Origin: Beijerinckiaceae bacterium
GTDB taxonomy: Bacteria; Pseudomonadota; Alphaproteobacteria; Rhizobiales; Beijerinckiaceae
Assembly: GCA_965283735.1 (NCBI GenBank)
Contig: CBDIPN010000001.1
Location: forward strand, 2,033,205 to 2,097,204
Reading direction: 5' to 3'
DNA: 64,000 nt
The notes below the pieces were generated by a model. It did no database searches. It was given only the letters and a program-made list of their open reading frames with translations, and was not told the origin of the DNA. Position 1 is the first letter of the stretch. Every line of letters starts with the position of its first letter. The translations under genes and the position numbers were made by a program. Below are positions 28,490-37,037 of this stretch, piece by piece.

Positions 28490-29908
28490 ATGAAGGAGCT
28501 TCCCGTCGTCGTCATCGGGGCCGGACCGATCGGACTCGCGGCCGCAGCGAACCTCGTCACGCGAGGTATCCCGGTGAAGGTGCTCGAGGCAGGCGACGCG
28601 GCCGGCGCCAACATCCGGGACTGGGGTCACGTCCGACTGTTCTCTCCCTGGGAATTCAATGTCGATCCCGCCAGCCGGGTACTGCTTGCGGCCGCTGGTT
28701 GGAGGGAGCCCGAAAGCGGGAGCTATCCGACCGGAAACGACCTCGTCGAAATCTACCTGGCGCCCTTGGCGGCAACGAACGAACTGACCTCCGTCATCGA
28801 ATACGGGGTCCGCGTTGCCGCGATCAGCCGCCATGGCATCGACAAGGTGGTGAGCAGGGACCGCGAGCTGCGCCCGTTCCAGTTGACCGTCGTCGGTCGC
28901 GACGGCGCGGTGAGCCGCGTCCAGGCCCGGGCGGTGATCGACGCTTCCGGAACATGGAGGACTCCGAACCCGGTGAATGCCAGCGGCGTGCCCGCGGAAG
29001 GCGAGGAAACGCTGGCTGATCGGATCGCCTACGGTATTCCCGATGTCCTCGGCCGAGACCGAGCCGACTATGTCGGCCGAACGACGCTGGTGGTGGGCGC
29101 CGGGCACTCCGCCGCGAACGTGCTGCTCGATCTCGATGAGCTTTCGGCTCGGGGCGGCGCGACCAGGGCGATCTGGGTCACGCGCGGCCGGGATCTCTCC
29201 CGTGTCTATGGCGGGGGCTCGAACGACCAGCTCGCTGCCCGGGGAGATCTCGGGCAGCGCCTGCGCCGTCTCGTAGCGGAAGGTCGCGTCGAATTGGTCT
29301 CCGGCTTCGCTATTGCGGGTCTTCGACAGGAAGGGGCAGGTATCGTCGTATATGGCGAGGTCGGCGGTGTCGGCCGAACCATTGGACCGATCGACCGCAT
29401 CGTGGCCTGCACGGGACAGCGGCCCGATCTTTCGCTGACCCGGGAACTGCGCGTCGAGTTCGACCCCTGGCTGGAAAGCGCCCGGGCGCTCGGACCCATG
29501 ATCGACCCGAACCTCCATTCCTGCGGATCCGTTCCGCCGCACGGGCACCGCGAGCTCTCGCATCCGGAGCCCGGGTTTTACACCGTCGGGATCAAGAGTT
29601 ACGGGCGCGCACCCACCTTCCTAATGATGACGGGCTTCGAGCAGGTTCGGTCGGTCGTGGCGGCGATCGCCGGCGATCTGGCCGAGGCCGACGATGTCAG
29701 GCTCGTCTTGCCGGAGACGGGCGTATGCACTGCTGCGCCGGCAGGAGCCGGAGGATGCTGCGGAGGTCCCGTACCGGCCGAAGCGGATGCCTGTTGCGCC
29801 GATGACGCCGCAGCGAAGGCCGACGGCAAGGCTGGATGCGGCTGTGGTCCTGCCAAAGCGCCGGAGCCCGCGCAGGCGACATCCTCCTGCTGCGGCAAGG
29901 CCGCATGA
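28490..29908 (+). CDS. FAD/NAD(P)-binding flavoprotein monooxygenase-like (ArsO-like) with a Cys-rich C-terminal tail
   Basis: Two dinucleotide-binding motifs, VVVIGAGPIGL and LVVGAGHSA. Tail GCCGG..ACCADD..GCGCG..SSCCGKAA. Confidence 0.7.
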   Translation: MKELPVVVIGAGPIGLAAAANLVTRGIPVKVLEAGDAAGANIRDWGHVRLFSPWEFNVDPASRVLLAAAGWREPESGSYPTGNDLVEIYLAPLAATNELTSVIEYGVRVAAISRHGIDKVVSRDRELRPFQLTVVGRDGAVSRVQARAVIDASGTWRTPNPVNASGVPAEGEETLADRIAYGIPDVLGRDRADYVGRTTLVVGAGHSAANVLLDLDELSARGGATRAIWVTRGRDLSRVYGGGSNDQLAARGDLGQRLRRLVAEGRVELVSGFAIAGLRQEGAGIVVYGEVGGVGRTIGPIDRIVACTGQRPDLSLTRELRVEFDPWLESARALGPMIDPNLHSCGSVPPHGHRELSHPEPGFYTVGIKSYGRAPTFLMMTGFEQVRSVVAAIAGDLAEADDVRLVLPETGVCTAAPAGAGGCCGGPVPAEADACCADDAAAKADGKAGCGCGPAKAPEPAQATSSCCGKAA

Positions 29909-30034
29909 TCGATCGCGATCGGCTGACCGTCATTTCGGCCCTGGGCGTGGTGCAGATCCTCGCCTGGGGCTCGTCCTATTATCTCCCGGCCGTCCTTGCC
30001 GCACCGATCGCCACCGATACCGGGTGGCCTCTGT
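29905..30034 (+). pseudogene. 5' stub (43 codons) of an MFS transporter, truncated by IS3
   Basis: MIDRDRLTVISALGVVQILAWGSSYYLPAVLAAPIATDTGWPL, then the IS-encoded tail LIRPRREVHGDC*. ATGA overlap with the preceding gene. Confidence 0.7.
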
Positions 30035-30068
30035 TGATCCGCCCCCGCCGAGAGGTCCATGGGGATTG

Positions 30069-30920
30069 TTAGTGGACGGTTGGCCTCGGCGCCAGCGCGG
30101 GCGGCGTAGCCGGTCTGGATTGCGCAGCCGCCCGCGCGGTCATTGCGGGGACGAAGACCTCCGGGGCGGGGGGCTTGTAGCCGAGCGAGCCATGTGGGCG
30201 CAGCGTGTTGAAGTGTCGCCGCCAGCTTTCGACGACGATCTTCGCCTCCGCGAGCGAATAGAAGATCTCGCCGTCGAGAAGTTCGTCGCGCAACCGGGCA
30301 TTGAACGACTCGATGAAGCCGTTCTCCCAGGGGCTTCCGGGCGCGATATAGGCGGTCTTGGCGCCGACCGCACCGATCCAGTCCTGCACGGCCTTGGCGA
30401 CGAATTCGGGCCCGTTATCTGACCGAACATGCTCCGGCACGCCGCGCAGGATGAACAGATCCGAGAGCACGTCGATGACGTCGATCGCCTTCAGCCTGCG
30501 ATCGATGCGGATTGCCAGGCATTCATGCGTGAACTCGTCGATGATGTTCAGCATCCGGTATTTTCTCCCATCATGGGTGCGGTCCTCGACAAAGTCGTAG
30601 GACCACACGTGATTGGGCCGCTCGGCGCGAAGGCGGATGCAGGATCCGTCCGCGAGCCAGAGACGGCTGCGTTTGGGTTGTCGGGCTGGAACTTTCAGCC
30701 CCTCGCGTCGCCAGATGCGCTCAACCCGCTTGTCGTTGACCACCCAGCCTGCCGTCGAGCGCAGCAGCGCGGCGATCTTGCGATAACCGTAGCGGCCATA
30801 GCGGCGGACCAGTTCGACGATGTCGGCCGTAAGCCTCTCCTCGTCGTCGCGTCCGCGCGGGATCCGGCGCTGGGTCGAGCGATGTTGTCCGAGCACACGG
30901 CATATCCGCCGCTCCGACAC
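30069..30920 (-). CDS. IS3-family transposase OrfB (DDE integrase core)
   Basis: [36 protein letters not shown]. Confidence 0.9.
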   Translation of the reverse strand: MSERRICRVLGQHRSTQRRIPRGRDDEERLTADIVELVRRYGRYGYRKIAALLRSTAGWVVNDKRVERIWRREGLKVPARQPKRSRLWLADGSCIRLRAERPNHVWSYDFVEDRTHDGRKYRMLNIIDEFTHECLAIRIDRRLKAIDVIDVLSDLFILRGVPEHVRSDNGPEFVAKAVQDWIGAVGAKTAYIAPGSPWENGFIESFNARLRDELLDGEIFYSLAEAKIVVESWRRHFNTLRPHGSLGYKPPAPEVFVPAMTARAAAQSRPATPPALAPRPTVH

Positions 30921-30970
30921 CTTCAGGACGAGCCGAACATGCTCGATGCAGGCACGGCGACGCGCGGGGC

Positions 30971-31249
30971 TTACCAGTTTCCCGAAGCCGCCTCCTTCAG
31001 GATCAGCTTGTCGAGCGTCAGGTCCGCGACGGCGCGACGAAGCCGGGCGTTCTCGGCCTCGAGCTCCTTCATCCGCTTCACCTGATCCGTCTTCAGGCCG
31101 CCAAACTCTCGGCGCCAGCGGTAATAACTAACCTCCGTCACGCCGATCGAGCGGATCGCATCGGCAACGGATTGACCCTGCGAGACCAGCACATCGACCT
31201 GGCGCAGCTTCGCGACAATCTCTTCGGGCTTGTGACGCTTCTTCGGCAT
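30971..31249 (-). CDS. IS3-family transposase OrfA (HTH + leucine zipper)
   Basis: MPKKRHKPEEIVAKLRQ..SYYRWRREFGG..LKELEAENARLRRAVADL. Confidence 0.9.
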   Translation of the reverse strand: MPKKRHKPEEIVAKLRQVDVLVSQGQSVADAIRSIGVTEVSYYRWRREFGGLKTDQVKRMKELEAENARLRRAVADLTLDKLILKEAASGNW

Positions 31250-31390
31250 TGCGGTCCTCCTGTCTGCCAAAAGACATAGTTCAGGGTGGACCAATTCAAC
31301 GGGGGTGGATCAGATTCCCGGCGCTCGCTTCATGGATCCGCGCCAGGTGACGCGGCGGTTCGGAATGGCTGCGGCGGAGAAGGAGGCTTG

Positions 31391-31708
31391 ATGCCGACTG
31401 ACGATCAGGCGCCCTCGAGGCCGCCAGAGCTCAATGCCCATTTCGAACAAAATGTTCGATTCCTTTCCGGCGATATGGCTACCGGCCCACTCGTCGTCGC
31501 TGCTCGGGGCCTATTGGGTTGGGGCCAGGCTAAGCTGGCCGAGCGAGCCGATATTCGAAGGCAAACCCTGGCGGAATTCGAGGCAGGGGTTCGGCGCCCG
31601 CAGGCTCGGGTTCGTGATGCCGTTCTATCCGTGCTCGAAGGCGAAGGAGTTCGATTCGTCGATATTGCGGGCGCATGCGGGCCCGTCTTGAATTTCAGCT
31701 CAAGATAA
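31391..31708 (+). CDS. XRE-family helix-turn-helix protein
   Basis: ARGLLGWGQAKLAERADIRRQTLAEFEAG. AAGGAGG RBS. Confidence 0.65.
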   Translation: MPTDDQAPSRPPELNAHFEQNVRFLSGDMATGPLVVAARGLLGWGQAKLAERADIRRQTLAEFEAGVRRPQARVRDAVLSVLEGEGVRFVDIAGACGPVLNFSSR

Positions 31709-32123
31709 TTGTCGTTCTATCGATCCGTCGATTTCGAGGCTTGTTGTCGGGATGATGCCAGATGACGACATGCGTCGACGTCCAATCCAGGCGATGGCGC
31801 CCTGGGCCTCAGGGCCAATTTCCACAGATGGTGTTGAGCGCCGTCGCATTGCTGTGCTCCGAGCCGCTCATGCTCCGAAACGAAGAGCGGCCGAACGCGA
31901 TGCCGAGATCTCAAACCATTCCGCTGGTCAAACCGTAGAGTAGTCCTGCCACGGAGCAGGCGGCGATGGCTTTGATCGTGCCGACCCGATGCGGAACACG
32001 CGACCATGTCAGCGAGGGGCGGCAGACCGATAATGTTGCATCCTGCATCGCTTTCAGCGCCGCCAGCGCGTCGGCGTGCAGCCCGCGTTGGAGCGAGACC
32101 AGCCAATCCATCGGAGCCCCGGA

Positions 32124-33494
32124 TCAACCGGCCCGCGAAGGCCATTTCTCATGCAGATCGTCGATGACGAAGGCATGGTCATGACGATGCCCGTCGGCCT
32201 CGGCGAGGTGCGGGTGGTTGGGCGGCAGGTCGTCATGGCTGTGGACCAGGCTCTCGGCATCGGCCGCTGGCCAGACACGCGCGGCCACGATGAGTGCGGC
32301 GAAGGTTAGGGCTGCGAAGATGCCCGCGGTCACGGAGAGCGGGAGCGCGGCCCCGAGCCACCCCGCGAGCGGATAAGTGACGAGCCAGCAGGCATGCGAG
32401 AGCGCGAACTGCGCCGCGAACACGGCGGGACGATCCGCCGTCTGGGCAGAACGCCGCAGCAGCCTGCCCGAGGGCGTTTGTACCGCTGAATACCCGATGC
32501 CCAGCAGCAGCCAGGTCACCAGGAGCAAGGGCCAGATCCAGGTTCCGGCGACCGTTGTTGTGGTCGCGACATCCGTCCAGGAGGCGGTGAACAAGGCCGC
32601 ACCGAAGAGCGTGAGCACGAGGCCGAGCCAGCAGGCCGCGACCAGCATGACGCGCCGGTCGGGAAGCTTGTCGAGAAGGCGCGGCAGGACCAGCGCCGCA
32701 AGCATCGAGCCGCCCCCGAAGCAGGCAAGCGCCATCGCAACTTGCCCATCGCCGAGCCCAAGCCAACCCTTCACGATCACCACGGTGTTGACGATCACCA
32801 GCGCGCCGCCGGCCGCCGCCGCCATGTTCAAGGCAAGCAGGCCGCGGAGGCGCGGCGTCGCGAGATAGATGCGCATGCCGCGCGTCGTCTTGTCGTAGAT
32901 GCTGCCCTCACGTTGAACGGCTGGCGACATGGGCAAAGAAACCGACAGCACGAGGGCCGCTGAGCAGAGGAAGCCGACGACGGTGCCCGAGAACAGCCAG
33001 TGAAAGCTGATAAGGCTGAGCAGGAGGGCGGCGAGCGCTGGGCTGATGAGGCTTTCGAGATCATAAGCCAGGCGCGAGAGCGATAGGGCCCGGGTATAGT
33101 CGGCCTCCTCCGGCAGCACGTCGGGGATCGTCGCCTGGAAGGTCGGCGTGAAGGCCGCCGAGGCCGATTGCAGCAGGAAGATCAGGACATAGATCTGCCA
33201 GACCTCGGAGACGAAGGGCAGCAGCAAGGCAATGGCGGCCCGCACCAAGTCCATCGCGATCAGGAAGGCGCGCCGCGGCAATTGCGCAGCGTAAGCGCCG
33301 ACCACGGGCGCGACCGTGACATAGGCGACCATCTTGATCGCCAGCGCAGTCCCGAGCACCGCTCCCGCCTTGTCGCCGGCAAGTTCGAAGGCGAGCAGCC
33401 CGAGCGCGACGGTCAGAAGACCTGTCCCGAGCAGCGCGATGATCTGCGCAAGGAACAGGTGCCGGTAGGTTCGGTTGGAAAGAACGTCGAGCAT
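32124..33494 (-). CDS. nreB: MFS transporter, NreB-like (nickel resistance) with His-rich C-terminus
   Basis: 12-TM MFS. Tail HSHDDLPPNHPHLAEADGHRHDH. 21 bp downstream of rcnA. Confidence 0.7.
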   Translation of the reverse strand: MLDVLSNRTYRHLFLAQIIALLGTGLLTVALGLLAFELAGDKAGAVLGTALAIKMVAYVTVAPVVGAYAAQLPRRAFLIAMDLVRAAIALLLPFVSEVWQIYVLIFLLQSASAAFTPTFQATIPDVLPEEADYTRALSLSRLAYDLESLISPALAALLLSLISFHWLFSGTVVGFLCSAALVLSVSLPMSPAVQREGSIYDKTTRGMRIYLATPRLRGLLALNMAAAAGGALVIVNTVVIVKGWLGLGDGQVAMALACFGGGSMLAALVLPRLLDKLPDRRVMLVAACWLGLVLTLFGAALFTASWTDVATTTTVAGTWIWPLLLVTWLLLGIGYSAVQTPSGRLLRRSAQTADRPAVFAAQFALSHACWLVTYPLAGWLGAALPLSVTAGIFAALTFAALIVAARVWPAADAESLVHSHDDLPPNHPHLAEADGHRHDHAFVIDDLHEKWPSRAG

Positions 33495-33515
33495 GATCGT
33501 CCGATGCGGTTCTGA

Positions 33516-34784
33516 TCAGCCGCCCAGCGGCAGGACTAGAGCAACCTGGGCCGCACGCGTTGCCTGGGAGGAGAGCCCCATCCAGCCGTGGATGCCGACA
33601 TAGAGGCCGACGCCGATCAGCAGGATTCCGGAGAAGTAGGGCGCACGTCGCGCGAAGGTCGAGAACCAGGACCAGCGCTTCGTCGCGTGACGGACGCTCA
33701 GCGCGGCCGCCGCGCCGACGGAGACGAGCGTGATCGCGAGACCGATCGAGAAGCACAATACCAGCGTGAAGCCGAGCGTGAACTCCTTGAGCTGGAGACA
33801 GAGCAGCAGCACGGTGATCGCAGCCGGGCACGGGATCAGGCCGCCGGTCAGGCCGAACAGGACGATCTGCCAGGTCGTGACGTTGCGATCGGCGAAGCGG
33901 CGACGGATGTCGTTGGCATGCGCCAGCTCGTGGGCGTCCTGGTAGCCATCGGTCGCGACATCGAGCCCACGCAGTTCCTCATGCATGTGGTCGTGGCCAT
34001 GGGCGTGATCCTCGACGAAGGAGAGATCGTAATCATGGGTGTGGTCGCCATGGCCGAGGCTGACCCGCGCCATGAACTCGTGGGGTTCGGGGATTTCCTG
34101 CACGGATTCGAGGAGCCCGGAACGCCTCTCGAAGGTGAAGGCCTGACGCGAGCCGTCCGGCCGCTCGGTGACGATGCCGACGTCCTTGGCTGCCCAGGCA
34201 TGGCCCCGCTCGGTACGAATGCGCCAGCGCGGCGGGACGCCATCCTCGAAGACCTCGACGGCGATGACGCCATGCCCGGTGTCGATGCGACGGATATCGG
34301 CCTCGTGGCCATGGTGAGAATGCGCGGCTGCCGTTGCGGGGCCGTGCGAATGCCCGCCGTGACTATGCCCGCCATGTCCTCCGTGGCTGTGGCCCCCGTG
34401 GCCGCCATGGCTATGTCCCGAAGCCAGCCCGGCGCGCTGCTGGTCTCCCCAGGTGCGCCAGAGCATCCAAAGGGCCATGCCGACGATGATCACCGCAGAG
34501 GTGATCTGGAGATAGGGCTCGAACGTTTCCGGGGCGACGCCCTGCCAGAGGTACATGCCGCCGATCGCGATGCCCCAGACCACTAGCGTATGGGAGACCG
34601 TCGCCGCCAGGCCGAGGAGTACGGCCTGCGTCACTGTTCCACGGATCGCGACGATGAACGCGGCCATCATCGTCTTGGAGTGGCCGGGCTCCAGGCCATG
34701 CAGCGCTCCGAGCAGGATCGCGCTCGGGATGAACAGCCAGGCGTGAGAGGCACTCTGTTGGATCAGGTCGGCGAAGGACGGCAT
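33516..34784 (-). CDS. rcnA: nickel/cobalt efflux transporter RcnA family with an enlarged cytoplasmic loop
   Basis: HGLEPGHSKT signature. Loop with HSHGGHGGHSHGGHGGHSHGGHSH. C-terminal LTGGLIPCPAA. Confidence 0.85.
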   Translation of the reverse strand: MPSFADLIQQSASHAWLFIPSAILLGALHGLEPGHSKTMMAAFIVAIRGTVTQAVLLGLAATVSHTLVVWGIAIGGMYLWQGVAPETFEPYLQITSAVIIVGMALWMLWRTWGDQQRAGLASGHSHGGHGGHSHGGHGGHSHGGHSHGPATAAAHSHHGHEADIRRIDTGHGVIAVEVFEDGVPPRWRIRTERGHAWAAKDVGIVTERPDGSRQAFTFERRSGLLESVQEIPEPHEFMARVSLGHGDHTHDYDLSFVEDHAHGHDHMHEELRGLDVATDGYQDAHELAHANDIRRRFADRNVTTWQIVLFGLTGGLIPCPAAITVLLLCLQLKEFTLGFTLVLCFSIGLAITLVSVGAAAALSVRHATKRWSWFSTFARRAPYFSGILLIGVGLYVGIHGWMGLSSQATRAAQVALVLPLGG

Positions 34785-34791
34785 CACGTTC

Positions 34792-35070
34792 TCATAGGTA
34801 CTTGGCGATCTCCTTGAACTCGTCGATCGAGCGGCGCTGTTCGCGTGCGAGAGGACCGACGACGTCTTCAAGGCAGTGATCGAGATGGTCCTGGATCAGG
34901 TTCTTCTTGGCCTGCCCGATGGCCTTCTCGACCGCGTGAAGCTGCTGCGCGAGCTCAAGGCACGGCCGGCCGGCTTCGATCATTTCGATGACCTTGCGCA
35001 GATGGCCCTCCGCCCGCTTCAGGCGCTTGGCGATCTCGGGATGGCTCTCGTGCAGGTGGCTTTCGGACAT
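34792..35070 (-). CDS. rcnR: RcnR/FrmR/CsoR-family metal-sensing repressor
   Basis: 92 aa. RLKRAEGHLRKVIEMIE..C..LAQQLHAVEKA...LIQDHLDHC. Confidence 0.85.
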   Translation of the reverse strand: MSESHLHESHPEIAKRLKRAEGHLRKVIEMIEAGRPCLELAQQLHAVEKAIGQAKKNLIQDHLDHCLEDVVGPLAREQRRSIDEFKEIAKYL

Positions 35071-35075
35071 GGCTG

Positions 35076-35104
35076 ATGGTATCCCCCTGGATAGGATGAG
35101 TCAA
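35076..35104 (-). promoter_or_regulatory. candidate rcnR promoter (TTGACT-N17-TACCAT) with a TATCC-CCCT-GGATA dyad in the spacer
   Basis: Read on the minus strand: TTGACTCATCCTATCCAGGGGGATACCATCAGCCATG. The G/C tract flanked by an AT-rich inverted repeat resembles RcnR/CsoR sites. Confidence 0.35.
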
Positions 35105-35173
35105 AGCGCGATTCGGTACCTTTAGTTCATCACGTCAAACTTTCGTTAAGAATGGTGTCCCTAGCTTTTCGTC

Positions 35174-35560
35174 ATGCCGCGTCGCAGCATCAGAATCAGA
35201 TCGAGCCTCGCGGCCGCCTTCCTGGCGGTGTTCGCGATGCTGCTGTCCGCGGTCCACGTCCAGTCGGGCCACAACGCCTATGCGATGGCCCAGGCTGAAG
35301 CCCAGCGCCACGCCGAACTCGCCGCGACGATCGCCGATCACGGGCATTCGCATGACGAGGGCGAGCCGGATGAGCGCGTCCCGGGACATGTTCACGGTCA
35401 CAACACCTCCGACCATGTTCACGAGACCGCCAACCTGGTCGCTCAGCCCCGGCTCGGGATGCCGCGTTTCGTCGGCACCATGATGCGGCATGAGCCGCAA
35501 GATACCGAGCTGGGCCTGCGCCACGGCCTCGATCGACCGCCGAGATCCACTGTCGCTTGA
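35174..35560 (+). CDS. His-rich membrane-anchored/secreted hypothetical protein
   Basis: N-terminal hydrophobic segment, then HGHSHDEGEPDERVPGHVHGHNTSDHVHE. Confidence 0.55.
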   Translation: MPRRSIRIRSSLAAAFLAVFAMLLSAVHVQSGHNAYAMAQAEAQRHAELAATIADHGHSHDEGEPDERVPGHVHGHNTSDHVHETANLVAQPRLGMPRFVGTMMRHEPQDTELGLRHGLDRPPRSTVA

Positions 35561-35610
35561 AAGCGCGCCGCCCAAGGCGGCGTTCCCTCACGACACATCT
35601 CGGAAATCAC

Positions 35611-36336
35611 ATGAAACGATCCTCATTGGCGGGGCGTCGCAAGTTGCGCGCTCTGTTCATAGTCCTGCTTGCTGCGATGTTTGGGCTGATCGGCCTGAAC
35701 GCAGCACTCGCCCACGCCGTCGCTGAAGGCGACAAGGGCTACATCCAGGAGATCACGGGGGTGAACATCATCCCCTTCGTCTACCTCGGCGCGAAGCACA
35801 TGGTGACGGGGTACGACCACATCCTGTTCCTGTTCGGGGTGATCTTCTTCCTCTATCGGCTGAAGCACATCGCGATCTATGTCAGCCTGTTCGCGATCGG
35901 CCACTCGACCACGATGCTGCTCGGCGTGTATTTCAACGTTGGGATCAACAGCTACCTCATCGACGCGATCATCGGCCTGTCGGTCGTCTACAAGGCGCTC
36001 GACAACATGGGCGCCTTCCAGCGATGGCTGGGCTTCCAGCCGAACACCAAGGTCGCGACGCTGATCTTCGGCCTGTTCCACGGCTTCGGACTGTCGACCA
36101 AGATCCTCGAATACAAGATCTCCCCGGACGGCCTCGTGCCGAACCTCCTTGCCTTCAATGTTGGCGTCGAGATCGGGCAGCTCACCGCCCTGGCGATGAT
36201 CCTGATCGCAATGGGCTTCTGGCGCCGCACCAACAGTTTCTGGCGCCATGCCTATGCCGCCAACACCGTCATGCTCACCGCCGGGTTCGTGCTGATCGGC
36301 TACCAGCTCACCGGCTATTTCATCTCGCAAGCTTGA
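35611..36336 (+). CDS. hupE: HupE/UreJ family Ni/Co transporter-like membrane protein
   Basis: HMVTGYDHILFL..GHSTT..GLFHGFG. Polytopic. Confidence 0.75.
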   Translation: MKRSSLAGRRKLRALFIVLLAAMFGLIGLNAALAHAVAEGDKGYIQEITGVNIIPFVYLGAKHMVTGYDHILFLFGVIFFLYRLKHIAIYVSLFAIGHSTTMLLGVYFNVGINSYLIDAIIGLSVVYKALDNMGAFQRWLGFQPNTKVATLIFGLFHGFGLSTKILEYKISPDGLVPNLLAFNVGVEIGQLTALAMILIAMGFWRRTNSFWRHAYAANTVMLTAGFVLIGYQLTGYFISQA

Positions 36337-36347
36337 GGTTCGCACCC

Positions 36348-37028
36348 ATGTACAACACTGACATCCCGACCCGCGCGGAACTGCCCACCTCGGCCCAGCT
36401 CCTGCGCTCCACCGCCATCGCCTTCGTCGCCGCGGCTGGCATCCTCGTCACCATCGTGCTCCCGGCCGAGTACGCCATCGACCCGACCGGGGTCGGCCGG
36501 ATGCTGAAGTTGACCGAGATGGGCGAGATCAAGACCCAGCTCGCCGAGGAAGCGCAGCGCGATCGCCAGAAGGATTCGACGGGCGCGGTTGAGCAGCCAG
36601 CTCGTCCGGCTCCGGATCAGCGTTCCAGCCTGATCGGCAACGTGCTGGCGACCCTGTTCGTCTCACCAGCCCAGGCAGGTGAGCGGCTGGTTGTCGCTCA
36701 GGCGGCCGGGCGCAAGGACGAAACAGTCATCACCCTGAAGCCCAGCGAAGGTGTCGAGTACAAGCTGACGATGAAGGCAGGCGCCAAGGTGAACTTCTCC
36801 TGGGCGACCGACGGTGGCGTCGTGAACTACGACATGCACGGCACTCCGGCCGGCGGCGGCAAGGAGAAGAGCTACAAGCAGGGACGTGGTGCCGCCAGCG
36901 ACGACGGCGTTCTGACGGCTGAGGGTGACGGCGCTCATGGCTGGTTCTGGCGCAATCGCGGCTCCAAGGACGTGACGATCACGCTGAAGACCAACGGCGC
37001 CTATGCTGAGATCAAGCGGATGATCTAA
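36348..37028 (+). CDS. single-pass membrane-anchored protein with a beta-rich C-terminal domain (unknown function)
   Basis: The ATG at 36348 is 12 nt after the hupE stop. One TM segment (AIAFVAAAGILVTIVL), then VEYKLTMKAGAKVNFSW..GWFWRN. Confidence 0.6.
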   Translation: MYNTDIPTRAELPTSAQLLRSTAIAFVAAAGILVTIVLPAEYAIDPTGVGRMLKLTEMGEIKTQLAEEAQRDRQKDSTGAVEQPARPAPDQRSSLIGNVLATLFVSPAQAGERLVVAQAAGRKDETVITLKPSEGVEYKLTMKAGAKVNFSWATDGGVVNYDMHGTPAGGGKEKSYKQGRGAASDDGVLTAEGDGAHGWFWRNRGSKDVTITLKTNGAYAEIKRMI

Positions 37029-37037
37029 ATCGACAGC

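Larger units (their letters stand above)
30035..31312 (-). mobile_element. IS3-family insertion sequence, complete (copy 1, 1278 bp)
   Basis: Imperfect terminal IRs: TGATCCGCCCCCGCCGA..GGTCCA, versus the reverse complement of the other end TGATCCACCCCCGTTGA..GGTCCA. Carries orfA and orfB. The flanks CTGT / GATT are not duplicated. Confidence 0.85.

Noticed and set aside
31911-32111. 66-aa ORF 13 nt downstream of nreB. Its first approximately 25 aa (MDWLVSLQRGLHADALAALKAMQDA) faintly recall the N-terminus of NicO-type Ni/Co transporters.
   Set aside because: The similarity does not continue in any frame. It is too short and too weak to call, and may be a remnant.
34300-34440. Repetitive CAC/GGC-rich DNA that could be taken for a tandem repeat or VNTR.
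   Set aside because: It is the coding sequence of the HSHGGHGG repeats in the RcnA loop, not a non-coding repeat.
35080-35093. The G-run in the rcnR upstream dyad could simply be the Shine-Dalgarno sequence (AGGGGGA, 11 nt before the ATG).
   Set aside because: Not fully rejected. It is kept as an alternative reading of the operator/leaderless-promoter hypothesis, and only 5'-end mapping can decide.
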